Assembly: GCA_051362555.1 (NCBI GenBank)
Contig: CM120643.1
Coordinates: 29,516,848 to 29,580,847 of the forward strand
Reading direction: 5' to 3'
DNA length: 64,000 nucleotides
Source of the DNA: Lingula anatina
Lineage: Eukaryota > Animalia > Brachiopoda
In this document: positions 39,301 through 50,800 of the stretch, one piece after another
How the letters are laid out: each line of letters begins with the position of its first letter
Position numbering within the stretch: the stretch's first letter is position 1
Notes under the pieces: model-generated
Told to the model about the DNA's origin: nothing
Seen by the model: the letters and a program-made list of their open reading frames with translations, nothing else
Databases searched by the model: none
Translations under genes and position numbers: made by a program

Positions 39301-41620
39301 TATCTGATTGCATTCATTGGGAATGAGCCCTGAGACTCTTTTGTGAGACAGTTCCCGTGAATTTAAATTAGACTGCATGGAAAAGGGTTAATTGTCTTGT
39401 GATGTCAGCATATATACAGGTATCTAAGTTAGGCGGAGGTTAAATCACCACGTGAAATATACTTCAGGTTTGGGTATTTACACTGGGGATGGCAGCTGAA
39501 AGTGATGTCATCTAAAAACGTGAGTGAGGTGTCCGACACGATGTTACATGTGTGTGGCGGGGCCGGGTACAAGACAGAGCTCGGTAAGATATTGCTTTTC
39601 TTTTATTATCACGTTTTGCTTTGCTGTGAAATAGAATGTTTGGATATCAAATGCTAAGTATGAAGTGCTTGTCCTGTATGATAAAGTAGAAATGTGGAAT
39701 TGAAAAAAAGGAAATACATTAATGGTTTTACTGTGTTGAGAAACCAAATATTTGAAAGTCAAACACAATAGATGAAGCCATAAATCATATGCAATATTAA
39801 ATAAATCGAGAAAATATTAATCGGTTTATTTGTTTATGGTTATTTGACTCCTGGTAAAACGCCTGAGAGCACAAACGACAAAATAATAGACAAATATATA
39901 TATTTCAAAATCCAAATGCATTTACCTAGTTTCTAAATGCCGTCAAGACACGTGGCGTTGCACGATAGCTTTGGTTTCTAGGTTTAGAGCGTCTGCTTCG
40001 TGACGCCAAGGCGGGGTGGGTGATGGGTCCGAGTAACGAGGTGGCACGTGGGTGGATTGGACAAACCTCTCTGTTGGGGATGGAAGAACTGGATTACTGG
40101 TAAGTTTTAAAACAGTTAAACAATTTTAAAGATTTTTTATCATCGGTAACCTATTATAGAAATGTTATTTTTCGGGGGAGGGGGGGGGTAACTTATTGAT
40201 ATGGTGATTGCCATCTATTTTTGTAATTATTGTTTCTTATATATGTACAATTACTGGCACTCTTTTGAAAGCACATCTGATAAGCAATAGCTAACCTTGA
40301 ATTTATCTAAAAGTTAACAAATGTATTTCTGAAATACAGTGCATTGACATTGCTTGCTTTGTGTTAATTGTAACAGCAAAAGAAATTGAAGTTATTATGA
40401 TTTAGGGTCCAACAACCTCATAAACGCGTCCTAAATGCAGAGATTAAGAAACTGAACATTGAGGACAAGAAAGCTCTTTCAGAGCGTCTGCTTCGAGAGA
40501 TTGCTCTGCAGGAGAGTGGGGGCACCGGTGCAGAACCAAACCAAGACATCAACTTCGACGACCCTTTCTCAGCAAGGTCACCAAAGCACGTGGGCGCCCT
40601 GAAAGGAGTCGACGGGAAAAGGCACCTGCCGGGGTTAAAAACAGACGCTTTTGTCCCGCTGAAGCTTATTGAACGCACCAACGAAGTTGACAACATCGTG
40701 CGTCTGAAATTCGCCCTCCCTAATGCCGAAATGCATTCTGGGTGCATGCCAGGACAGTACGTGCAGGCCCGGGTTGATGTGAATGGGAAAAGTAATGACC
40801 GCTACCTGTCACCTCTGTCTGTACCCCCTGACTACGGTGTGATGGAGTTTGGGATGCGCCTGGAGACTCACGGTTTATTTTCCAAAGCCATTCAAGCGAT
40901 GAAAATAGGTAAATGATGTAAAACTGTTTTATCAAATGTTGATTTCAATCTCATTATTAAAAGAGGTTCTACCGCATCAAAACTTTTGAGCCCATGGAAA
41001 AAGTAAAGCTCACCATAAAGCCAATGCTGTTTCAATGTTCTTAAAAATGTGTTAGAGTATAAAGAAGGGTCTTCTCCATGTATTATTTATTTTATGTCTT
41101 TACAGGAGACATCATGGAGTGCCGCGGTCCATGTGGTGGTTTTGAATACGAACCCGGGAAACTGGATCAGTTGATTCTGATTGCGACTGGAGTCAGCGCT
41201 ACGCCTGCCATACAATTGTTTCGAACCGTGGCAAAAAATAAATCCGACAAAACTCGCGTGTCATTCTTCTACCACGCTAAATCACCAGATCACCTCCTTT
41301 GTCGTGAAGAGCTTGCCAGTTACGCTGAAGACGACGAGCGCTTGACGACCACATTCTGTGTTTCAGAAGCAGATGATAAATGGTCCGGGCTTGAAGGATT
41401 GATCGATGCCGATTCGTTGAAACCGTGCTTGCCTGTAGCCAATGGGAAGAAAGTAAAATTCATCGTCTGCTCTGGCACTAATGTTGTCATCACCATTCTG
41501 GATGTTCTATACGACTTGCAGTACAAGAGCGAGGACATCTACATCTATGGGCCGTTTGGTGTTGAGCTGCTTCGTTCTGTGTTCGGGCGGAAAGCCAAAC
41601 TGTCTGCAGACCACTGCTAA
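30075..41620 (+). CDS. ACAD-fold flavoprotein / cytochrome-b5-reductase-like fusion, copy C (complete, 767 aa)
   Basis: Exons 30075-30218, 31354-31534, 31856-31984, 37069-37250, 37546-37660, 38070-38239, 38597-38727, 39468-39583, 39982-40099, 40406-40908, 41106-41620. Exon sizes and phases are identical to copy B and the frame is open. Confidence 0.92.
32232..36962. mobile_element. Large non-autonomous DNA transposon with about 400-bp imperfect TIRs (piggyBac-like CCC..GGG ends) in intron 3 of copy C
   Basis: About 32232-32660 is the reverse complement of about 36545-36962 (ccctgcaatgtt...gcttggttgctatttccgagaca...). Flanks CGAA/TTAG are at best a degenerate TTAA, so the superfamily call is weak. 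Confidence 0.65.
35304..35849. mobile_element. Young foldback MITE with about 150-bp TIRs
   Basis: gagcgcattctcaacgaattaagcca... is mirrored by ...tggcttaattcgttgagaatgcgctc. Flanking duplication is TTT, or CTTTG if the ends are trimmed by 1 bp. Confidence 0.85.
37749..37969. mobile_element. 221-bp TA-flanked MITE (Tc1/mariner type)
   Basis: TA|ctgacagtcaatgaaa ... tttcattgactgtcag|TA. Confidence 0.75.
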
Positions 41621-43679
41621 AACAGACGAGTCTTTACTTTGATTGGACATGCATTTCTAACAGCATTGGCCATCAAAGTGCTTTGCTCTTCCCGAAGATG
41701 TAAAGATAACTACCAAGTCTCACCTCTTTACCTCCACAAGTACAGCGTATAATAACTATATAGGTCAGCTTGGTTCAGAGGATACATGTAAGAGGCACCG
41801 CCAATTTTACAGATGCTTCGTTTTTATTCAATATAGATGACCTCCATATACTTCTCAATCATGGATTGAAGCTACGTGTCAATATATGAATCTATATCCT
41901 TCATGATATTCACTTGACTAATACAGATATATAGAAGAATATAAGTCTATATATTTAGCTTTTGATTAAAGAACCTAGTTTTGACACCGTTCGTGTTTAT
42001 GAGGACGATTAATTTTTACATGATACTAACTTTTTGTCTGTAATTTGGCGACATTATGTGATATGCTTTTGTACCTGTAAGGAAGGAAGATACGAATGTT
42101 AATATCTTACCCATATCTAATGATGCATTTTATCAACTTTTGCTTTCGTACTATACAACATTGGTCAAAAAGGTTGCCCCACTCCCAGTTTCACGTGCTT
42201 TTATTAATAAATGATCACATCACAGGAGTTAATTGCTGTTGATGGCGATTTTCATTCCGGACACCATTACTAACATGATTAATGGTACAGAAAATACAAA
42301 CTAGCGATGAAGATATAAATATTTAATGCCATTTATTCATATTTAATTCATGTACCCCCTAAAGTCCTAGGTTTCAGTGTCATTTCCTAAGAGGTAAAGA
42401 AATGCCCATTAAATTGAAAAGACCACCAAATTTACACACACTTATCATTAGGGTTTGCTCTTGAAAGGTCACATGTCTTTTAGCGTGTGTGTCTACCGCT
42501 GATATCGAAGTTCTGTAAGTTCTGGGGGTCACTTAACCTAATATTCTCAGCTGTCGTTTTGCAGATCCTAGCCAAGTTTAATAATATATAACTGCTTTAA
42601 GAAACCGAAACAATGTACCAGGATCGTATTTCAAACAGAATAAAGAGATGGAAGGGGTGAAGTTGTATTTAACTTTATCATACCGCTTTAAAGTACAATG
42701 TATGTGCTGGATTTGAGTTCTATACTAGTAAACAAGTGTAAAGGTTTCCTCTCGCCCTCATCCACTTTACAATAACACCTTACTACCACTCTGTCTACAC
42801 TGTAAACAATATTGGTACTGTTAACGATAAACAAAATACCTTGACAGTAATTCTGGTGACATTCAGTGCGCCTCAAAGTTAAGTTGTTTTTTCAATCATT
42901 GAAACCAATGGAATAAACCAAAATAAAAGCAAGAAAACCAACGGTCTGAAAGACAAACATTTTTTTAACATGAAACCATGTACCTCAAATTGGCACAGCT
43001 GTAGCTTAACTATTTCGTTTTTGTGGACTCTTTATCTTTGGTGCGGCTTCATTTTGTCTCTACGAACTATTGTAAAATTAAAAATGGCATGCATTTCTTC
43101 CCGATTTAGAATTCATCGCTTAAAGGGTGAAATACATACCAATGTTTTGAGGTCAACAAAATTATGAAATTCCTCGTCTAGGTTGTTGTTAAATTTTCGT
43201 CTTGATGGATGAATCTTAGTATATGCCGATTTCTTTTACTTCGATCTTCCTATGCCCCTCCGTGACTGCTGATCTCTGATGAACAACAGAAATTATAGAA
43301 TTATTAAACAGGCTTACGGATTGTAGTATTGTATGAAAGGCTTCAGGGCTAGCAGGATGAGTAACATATCACCTTTTTACTACATAACATCCAGTATTGA
43401 TAATTTAACAGAAGTAGTAAAATTGCAAACAGCGTCGGATTTAGAGAGGTGGGGGGGGGGGGGGGTCAGGGGGGCCCTGACACCTCTTTCGGTTTCTGAA
43501 AATATCACACTTATAGTCATAATAAAAAATAATCTATCAAGGAACGCTCCGTGTCGGCTTCTAAAATAAGTGCTCGTGTACATAATGAACTTTACCAAGG
43601 TTGATGATAATACCATGTTTGCAGACTCTTGATGCGGTCTATTGTGGCAGATTAAAATATGTACAGCCCAACCGGCCCG

Positions 43680-44420
43680 CTCTGTGAAAAAGTAGAAAGT
43701 TTCCATTTGATCCGTACTCTATCACCGAAGCTTCTGTGGCTCCGTGGTAACTCCGCCGTCTTTTGCACAACCAGACACAGCTAGACGCAGGTTCGAATAT
43801 TAACAATTTCAATTTTTTTTTCTTTGCTCGAAATAATTTCTAAAAATTGCATTGAGGGTGGGAGGGTCAGTCATGGCGCAGTCGGTAGCGTGCTTGGTTG
43901 CTAAATAATCAAGGGTGGGAGGGTCAGTCACGGCGCAGGCGGCAGCGTGCTTGGTTGCTAAGAAATCACCATGCCATAAGCAAACCATCCTGACGGCAGG
44001 TCACGAGCTCAACCCCCAAATGGCGCATGCAAGGTCACCACAACAACGAGCTGACCCCGAAAGCGAACGCAGGGTCTCGTGTGTCCTAGCAAATTCCCTT
44101 TTGCATAAAAATCCGGTATAACTTAGAATTAGTGATCGATTCTGACAACAAATTATTGCTCGACATAAAGTCTGCGTCGTCAATTACATTTCATTTCTCT
44201 GCTTTAAAGCCTTTAAAATAATAATTAGATGGGGATGGTCATTGATCTCTATCCTTCACCAAATACGCAACAGATCAACATTGAATTGAGTCAATACCTT
44301 ACCCGACATGGCGTCATACATGTCATACAGCCCTTTCATAAAAAAAACTAACTGCTCGTTGGCACTATCAGCAAGAAAAGTTTGTTTTTTTTTTTTTCAA
44401 AAGTCACATTGCCGCTATTG
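43680..44420 (+). repeat. Dispersed repeat with two tRNA-like segments (copy 3)
   Basis: Shares aagtttccatttgatccg...ccgtggtaactc...ggttcgaat and ggcgcagtcggtagcgtg...ccttttgcataaaaatc with the copies near 24140 and 33600. Confidence 0.7.
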
Positions 44421-44657
44421 CTCTACAAAGTCATAAATTTTGTTTTTATGCCCCTGTCCTTTGGCCTTGCTTATCAAGACTGTACATATATTCATAACCG
44501 CAGCATCTGATATCATCTTACTATAAATATTTGGCTATTACCTAAGATTGTCACCTAAATGGCTGACTTTTAAGTGCCTTGGGGCCAGTGAAAGGGAGTA
44601 CCCCTTCCGCGGACGAATTACCTGTACAGTAAGAACCCGGTAAAGTGGCACGGTAAA

Positions 44658-44908
44658 CAGTGGCGGATTTAGGGGGTGTCAGGCGGGTCCTGACCCCCCT
44701 TTGATCTATGAAAATATCAAACATATGGTCCCCTCTTGGATTAGAATTTAGACTAGCTTAATCACAGTTCTAAACCGTACCAAGTGGCACTGTTCGCCCT
44801 CGAAAATACCTATTTTTTCCGTCCCCGGATCCCACGCCAAAGGGGGGGGGGTCGATTTTGCATCTGCGGACTCCCCCCCCCCTTCCAAAAATTCTGGATC
44901 CGCCCCTG
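44658..44908. mobile_element. hAT-like MITE (CAGTGGCGGAT...ATCCGCCCCTG)
   Basis: Short imperfect TIRs; related copy in opposite orientation at 51995-52263; no clear TSD. Confidence 0.6.
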
Positions 44909-45373
44909 ATCGCGAAAGAATACATTCTATTGTCCTGTTGTATATGATAATAAAACTAGGTTTCAAACTTCCTCGTCTGACTTGTTTTTAATCGGAGTGG
45001 CACAGGGACGACACTTGAACCACTCAACATCTAGGTCGCACATGTAGGTCGTGTACAAATGTATCTCCCCCCAGTTAGTTCAAGTCTATGGTAGTGTAAG
45101 CAATGAATGAATATCCGTTAACAACTGCCTTTACGTCTCCTCCATCCCAGTGTACCACAAACTTTCATAGCCACATTTACAACAAGAAAGAAGGCAACAA
45201 CGCATATTTGCTGCTCGAGATTTGGCCAAACAAGGCCGCTTTTATTATAAAACCCCACTATCCTAATCTTTTTAGCAGTGTGTCAAATCGTTGCCTGTAT
45301 TAAATGATATGCCTAAGGGATAAAAATATACATCAAATATTCAATATGACTCATCATCCTAAAATATGACGCG

Positions 45374-45384
45374 ATGAGTCAGCA
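45374..45384 (+). promoter_or_regulatory. Candidate CNC/Nrf2-sMaf antioxidant response element
   Basis: ATGAGTCAGCA followed by AAG matches RTGASTCAGCA; a second AP-1 core, ATGACTCAT, lies about 28 bp upstream; 2.5 kb 5' of the copy D ATG. Motif match only. Confidence 0.25.
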
Positions 45385-47885
45385 AAGTTCTTATTTACAA
45401 ACAATTTTCGCACAAATCAATGGCTGGCGGGACGGTAAAACATCTGTTTTTCTATGTTGTTGGGAGGTTACACTATTTGTGGATACAGAAGAAAGTATAC
45501 GTCTTAACCTTGACACAAATGCGCCGTTAGTTTTTTATATTAAATAGGAGTCAGGTAGGAGTCAGGCGGTATATGCGTACACGTAGCTAGCACTAGTTCC
45601 TCAGTCATTTTGTAGAGACAAGCTACACGCAGGCCCATCCTTCGATTCTGGGGGGCATTCTTGTAATATTGCAGTGATTTCGAAGAAATTTGAAACCCAC
45701 TTTTACAAAAAACATAAAAGCAAATGCTGATACACAGAATGGTTAATTGTAAATTTCGATTTAATTTTACATAATGTTCGGCAGCAAATTCACCACAACA
45801 GGTTACACGGACTAGGAATATATAAGTAGCAAGGGTTTCAGGTCTACGAGAATTCAAATTCATATCCTCTCAACCTCGAAATGTGAACAAGGTCGCATTA
45901 ACATGCCCAATATAAAATTTCCTATTCAATTTCAATAATAATTATGGGTGTATCTCTACCAGTTTTGGAGATATTAGAGCTAGAGAATGAGCAAACTGCG
46001 TTTCGTTGTAAAAAGTAGGCCAAATGTCAATTTCAAGGTAACAGAAAGATTGCCATTACATCATTTTTATTCCAAACGTTCTATGAGTGTATTTCTGCCA
46101 GTTTTGTAGATACATGTAGCACAGGCTTCAAACAACTGCGCATGCGCGAAAAGTGCGGTGTTTGAAATAAACAAGTTGGTGAGAGCCTGCCGGTGTTTAC
46201 CGTCTGGTTGATTTATTTCATTTGCTCTCTGGTGTCATTTTGCAAATTTATATTAGAAATGTTCTATTGATTTTATGTTGTAAAAAGTAAATCCGTCGGA
46301 ATTCATTAGAATACCTTCATTTTAAGGGGATTCCCATTATTTATAGTGTTATATGTGGCCCCAATGGGGATTTTTCACCCCTCCCCCACTCTTGATTAAT
46401 AAAATTCTTCATGTGCCAGATTGAAAATGATGTTGCAAAATACATTCAAAATCGTAGGAAGGTTAATTGCAGATAATGCTGCGAGGACATTCTTGGGCGA
46501 GGGCGAACTTGGCCAATATATTTTTTTTTTTACTTCATCTCCCGGTTTTGGAGCGCATGTTGTAATTTTTGAAAGCGAGGCAACGGAACCAAACAATACG
46601 ATGCAATATGTAATCTCGTAAAAATTGTTATTTTTAAATAAAGACCATAGCATGGAGTACATCGAAATGCGACTCGTTTATTATTAAGATCTTCAATAAT
46701 AGTTAACATAAAATATACTATATATAATAAGTTCTTGTTCTCGGCCTATTTATTAACTTAATTGATTTTTTTTTTTAGTATTTGTAGATTAAAAACACAA
46801 AAGTTGTCTGGTTTCATATCGAGGCACCACATATTGTTCTTGTGCTGATACATGTATAATACATGTAAAGTACTGTTCATAGCGGAGAGTAGGTAAGTGG
46901 TGAAATTCAAAGTCACATCAATATTCCCAATATTTGACTTGTATTTACTGTTTTTATTCCGTTATGACAGGAATGATATTCCTATAGGTACCGGGCGTAG
47001 TCCGTTCCCAGTTACTTTGTAAGGAGACATTTGCCCCATATGCTAACCCCAATACTCCAACTAACCATAACCACTACTAATCACATGGAGCCCGAGGACT
47101 ATCATTTCTGTCACACTGGGTCACCAAGTGTCAAATATCACATGTCAAATTCCGGCACCCACACACGAGGTATGTTGGACTTCGTAAACATCTGAGTATC
47201 ATGACAAAGGTCAACTGATTCACCTAGTGTGTTGAACAGAGTCCTGCCTTGTAGTTGGTAGGGTATACGTAGGACTCGCAAGTACCCGTCGAATAAACAT
47301 TTAAGATGACAAGTATGTCCGGCCTTTCCCTTGTATATGTCTCTGTTAAAATCAACCGAAGTGCGAATCTAAGCTCACTTCAAGTGGTATTACGTCATAC
47401 GAGGGACCCAAGGGTATTTTCGTTACCGGTGAAAGACACTTTTTATTTCCTGAGATGCGGAACAGGTTCATTTTATATAGCGTGGCCCGTGCAGCACACC
47501 TATCCCTTGACTCATAAATGCGTCGTTTTATTCTTCACCCTTCGTGAAACGAAGTAATTATTCCCTGTAATTCATGATTTTCAGTATTTTCAGCATTACC
47601 AGTAGTCGAGTTATAAATAAAGTTTTATATACTATATGTTCTGAAATCAACGATTTTAGTTTTCCGTGAACTGTGATCACGACCCCTCAAGCGGGACCCT
47701 CTCATACGGTAATCTTATCACACCTTAAACACCACCGTAGCGTACGTCTGTCAAAAGACCCACAACCTTGACCCAGGACCCCTAGACGGCATATCGGGCG
47801 ACTTAAGCTAGAGGCATTACATGAGAGACACTTAGTTCGTTTCAACGCGTCACTTAGAGAGAGCGTCCGATCACCCTTAAGCACC

Positions 47886-50800
47886 ATGGATATGTTTGCA
47901 GAGAAACCCTGGGGTAAGCGCCCTTACTGGGGGGTCGGGTTCAACTACGACCATCAGTGGGTGTTGACAGATAAACAGAGGGAACTGCAGGCCAAGCTGA
48001 TGGAGCTGTGTCGAACGACGATGCGACCAAATGCCGTAAGTGTTTTTTTACACTACAACTCGGTTTAAATTGTGTCTGTAATACCCTGTATGTTTGCCGT
48101 TGCACCAGCAATAAAATACGTTAAATTTAAACCAGTAGTACTGAAAATGAACAAAACGATTCAGTGGAATTTTTAACTTAAAAAAGCGCCCAGAGCGCCA
48201 GTAGCGCGAGTGTTCTAAACATAGCATCACGCAAAGTAATACTGGATGCACAAGTGACACGACGTCACGATCTTATGTCAAAGGGGGGCACGGAAAGTAA
48301 TGCGCCATTTAAAACACTGCTGAATATCAAATTTCATTTTTTTATTTTGATGCCATATATTCATAGTAGCTGCCCCTTCCAGACCAAATCCAGATCCACA
48401 TTGACAACACTATACCTACAATGTACTAGAGCACTGTCGTTTAAAAGTTGGCCCACTTTTCACGCGTGTATGTTTTTATTCTTTTTTGTTATTCCCCTCT
48501 TCTTTTTCATGTTTTCTCTGTCAGTCTTTCTCTTTTTTTTCTATATTTCTTTTTAAAGAGCGGATGCATTATAATGCAATTACTGCCTGTGACAGGAATC
48601 AGGCCGATAATGGTCTTATCTGTATATACCTTTAAAGCTGCGCTTTATCATTTTGGATTCAAAGCAATATCATGTCTGTATGCACAGTGCATGTGAAATC
48701 TTGTTAACAGTACAGATGACTACATCACTAAGCCCGGTAGATACACTCTTTGTACTTGCTAAGCACTACTGACACGCATGACTTAACGAAGTATGCTTAC
48801 TGACTGTTCCTCTTGGAGCTTTGGTCTCATTTTCACACAGTATTAGTACTTCAAAATGACGTTCGAAAATCTAGAAATGTTTTATTTATTTATTTTATTG
48901 ATCGCTTAATTGAATTTAATTTTTGTAATTGATTAATTAACTGTGTTTTAAATTGTTAAGATATTCTATAAAGCGCATTGAGATTTTGATGAAATGCGCC
49001 ATAAAAATGTAATCTATTATGAATTTTATGAAAATAGGAAGCAAATGTTTTAGTATGTTGGGGGCAGGGTCGTAAACAAAAAAACGACATATGAGGAAGC
49101 CCCTCTCTTTGCCTCCTTGCTTACTGATAGATGTCTGACAAGGCCGAACTAGACGTAAGGGGGGGGGGCAGTTAGGCCTCTTTATTATTGCAGCCCATGT
49201 CTGTAAATTGTCTCTCAAATTTATATCATAATACCAATTGATATGGATATTCTCCATTCAACAACACATGTACATAGATTCAAGAATGTGTAAAGAGATT
49301 TACATCTCCCAGTCTCATCCCTGAATTTACATCTTATAATCAACCAGGTAAGATATGACGAGACATATGAATTCCCAAGAGAAAACTTGAACGCCATGGC
49401 GGAGCTAGGGCTGCTGGGATTGATTGTACCGAAGGACCTCGGCGGGCTGGGCGAGAACCACGTGTGTGCCGCCATGGTGGTGGAGACTATTGCCCGTTAT
49501 GGGTGTCCCAGTACTGCTATGGTTTACTGTAAGTTACGCCATCTATATGCCGGAACGTTCTGTTAGGTGAAATAAGTTGGAAAGCATTGGCTCAGTACTA
49601 AAATGTTTTCATATCTGCGAGAAAACAAAAAAATTGAAAATAAAAATTAAGCAACGAGACCTTAATTTCCATATCTGTAATTAGAATTTATTATTGTTCT
49701 CCATTGTGATTAATTTTTGAAGATTTGAAAAGGGTGATTTAAAAAGAATCAATTAAAATTGTGGACTTGTTAGAGCCTTGTTTTGGGCCTTTTTCTTCAT
49801 TTATTTCTTCATTCTAGGTATGCACGTGGGCGCAGTGGGTGGTCTTCTTCTTCGTTACCATAACAACGAACTCATCAAAAGTGTTCTCCGACGTTTGGAC
49901 AAAGACAAGCTGGTGGGGACTGAGTCTTTTAGTGATCCCGCGACAGGTAAAGTGGGTTATTCATTTATTTATTTTTTGGGAATACACTCGTGAGAAATTT
50001 AAGTTTACATAAGCCAGAAGAGTCATCGCTCTACGATTTCCTAATTTAGTTTATCACTATATATTATCTACCCCACCTTTCTACAGCATGTATACTTTGC
50101 CATAGAGCTGATGTGGTATTTTAAAAACACATGCCCACAACATCAGTAGTACATGCATTCGATTAAAGATTTAGTCGTTCTTAATTGCCATTACGCGTGA
50201 CATATACTTATGATATCTCCTAGGTGGACATTTTTGGTACCCACTGTCCTCTAAGAACCGGTATACCAAGGATGGCAGGTTCCAGATGTTAAAATACGCC
50301 TCCTGGACAACCAGCGCCGGATTTGCAGACTTCTACGTCGTCCAAACCACTAGCCCGGGCTTTGGCGGCGACTACTCCGACCTGTCCGTATTTTTACTGT
50401 TCAAGGTTGGTATAGTTCAAATTCCAATATCGATAGTAATATTTGTACAGAATTTGAAGAGGAACCATTTGGATCATCGAAAAGCAATGTCATGAGGTTA
50501 AGAACACTGTTTTTTTTTATATTTGCTTTCAAAACATTTTGCTTTGTTTTTGTTTTTTTATTAATTTTTTTTATAATTTTTTTGCATAATTCACACGTAC
50601 GTTAAAGCCATGTTTTGATTGAAGCTAATAAACTGATGAGATATATACATGCTATGATGTAAAATATAAATGCATGTAAGGGTGCTTTCCCAGAGATTTA
50701 GATCGATCTAAAGATTAAGATTTAGATCGACCTAACTCCCTGGGGGTTCACGCTAAATTGCAGTCAGCCGAGCGGGTACCATAGTTAATTACCCCCTTAC

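Noticed and set aside
49345-49353. CAG|GTAAGA and other AG|GT acceptors as recursive splice sites
   Set aside because: Introns are short and the GT is explained by coding sequence (Val, Cys or Gly codons); no supporting evidence without RNA data.
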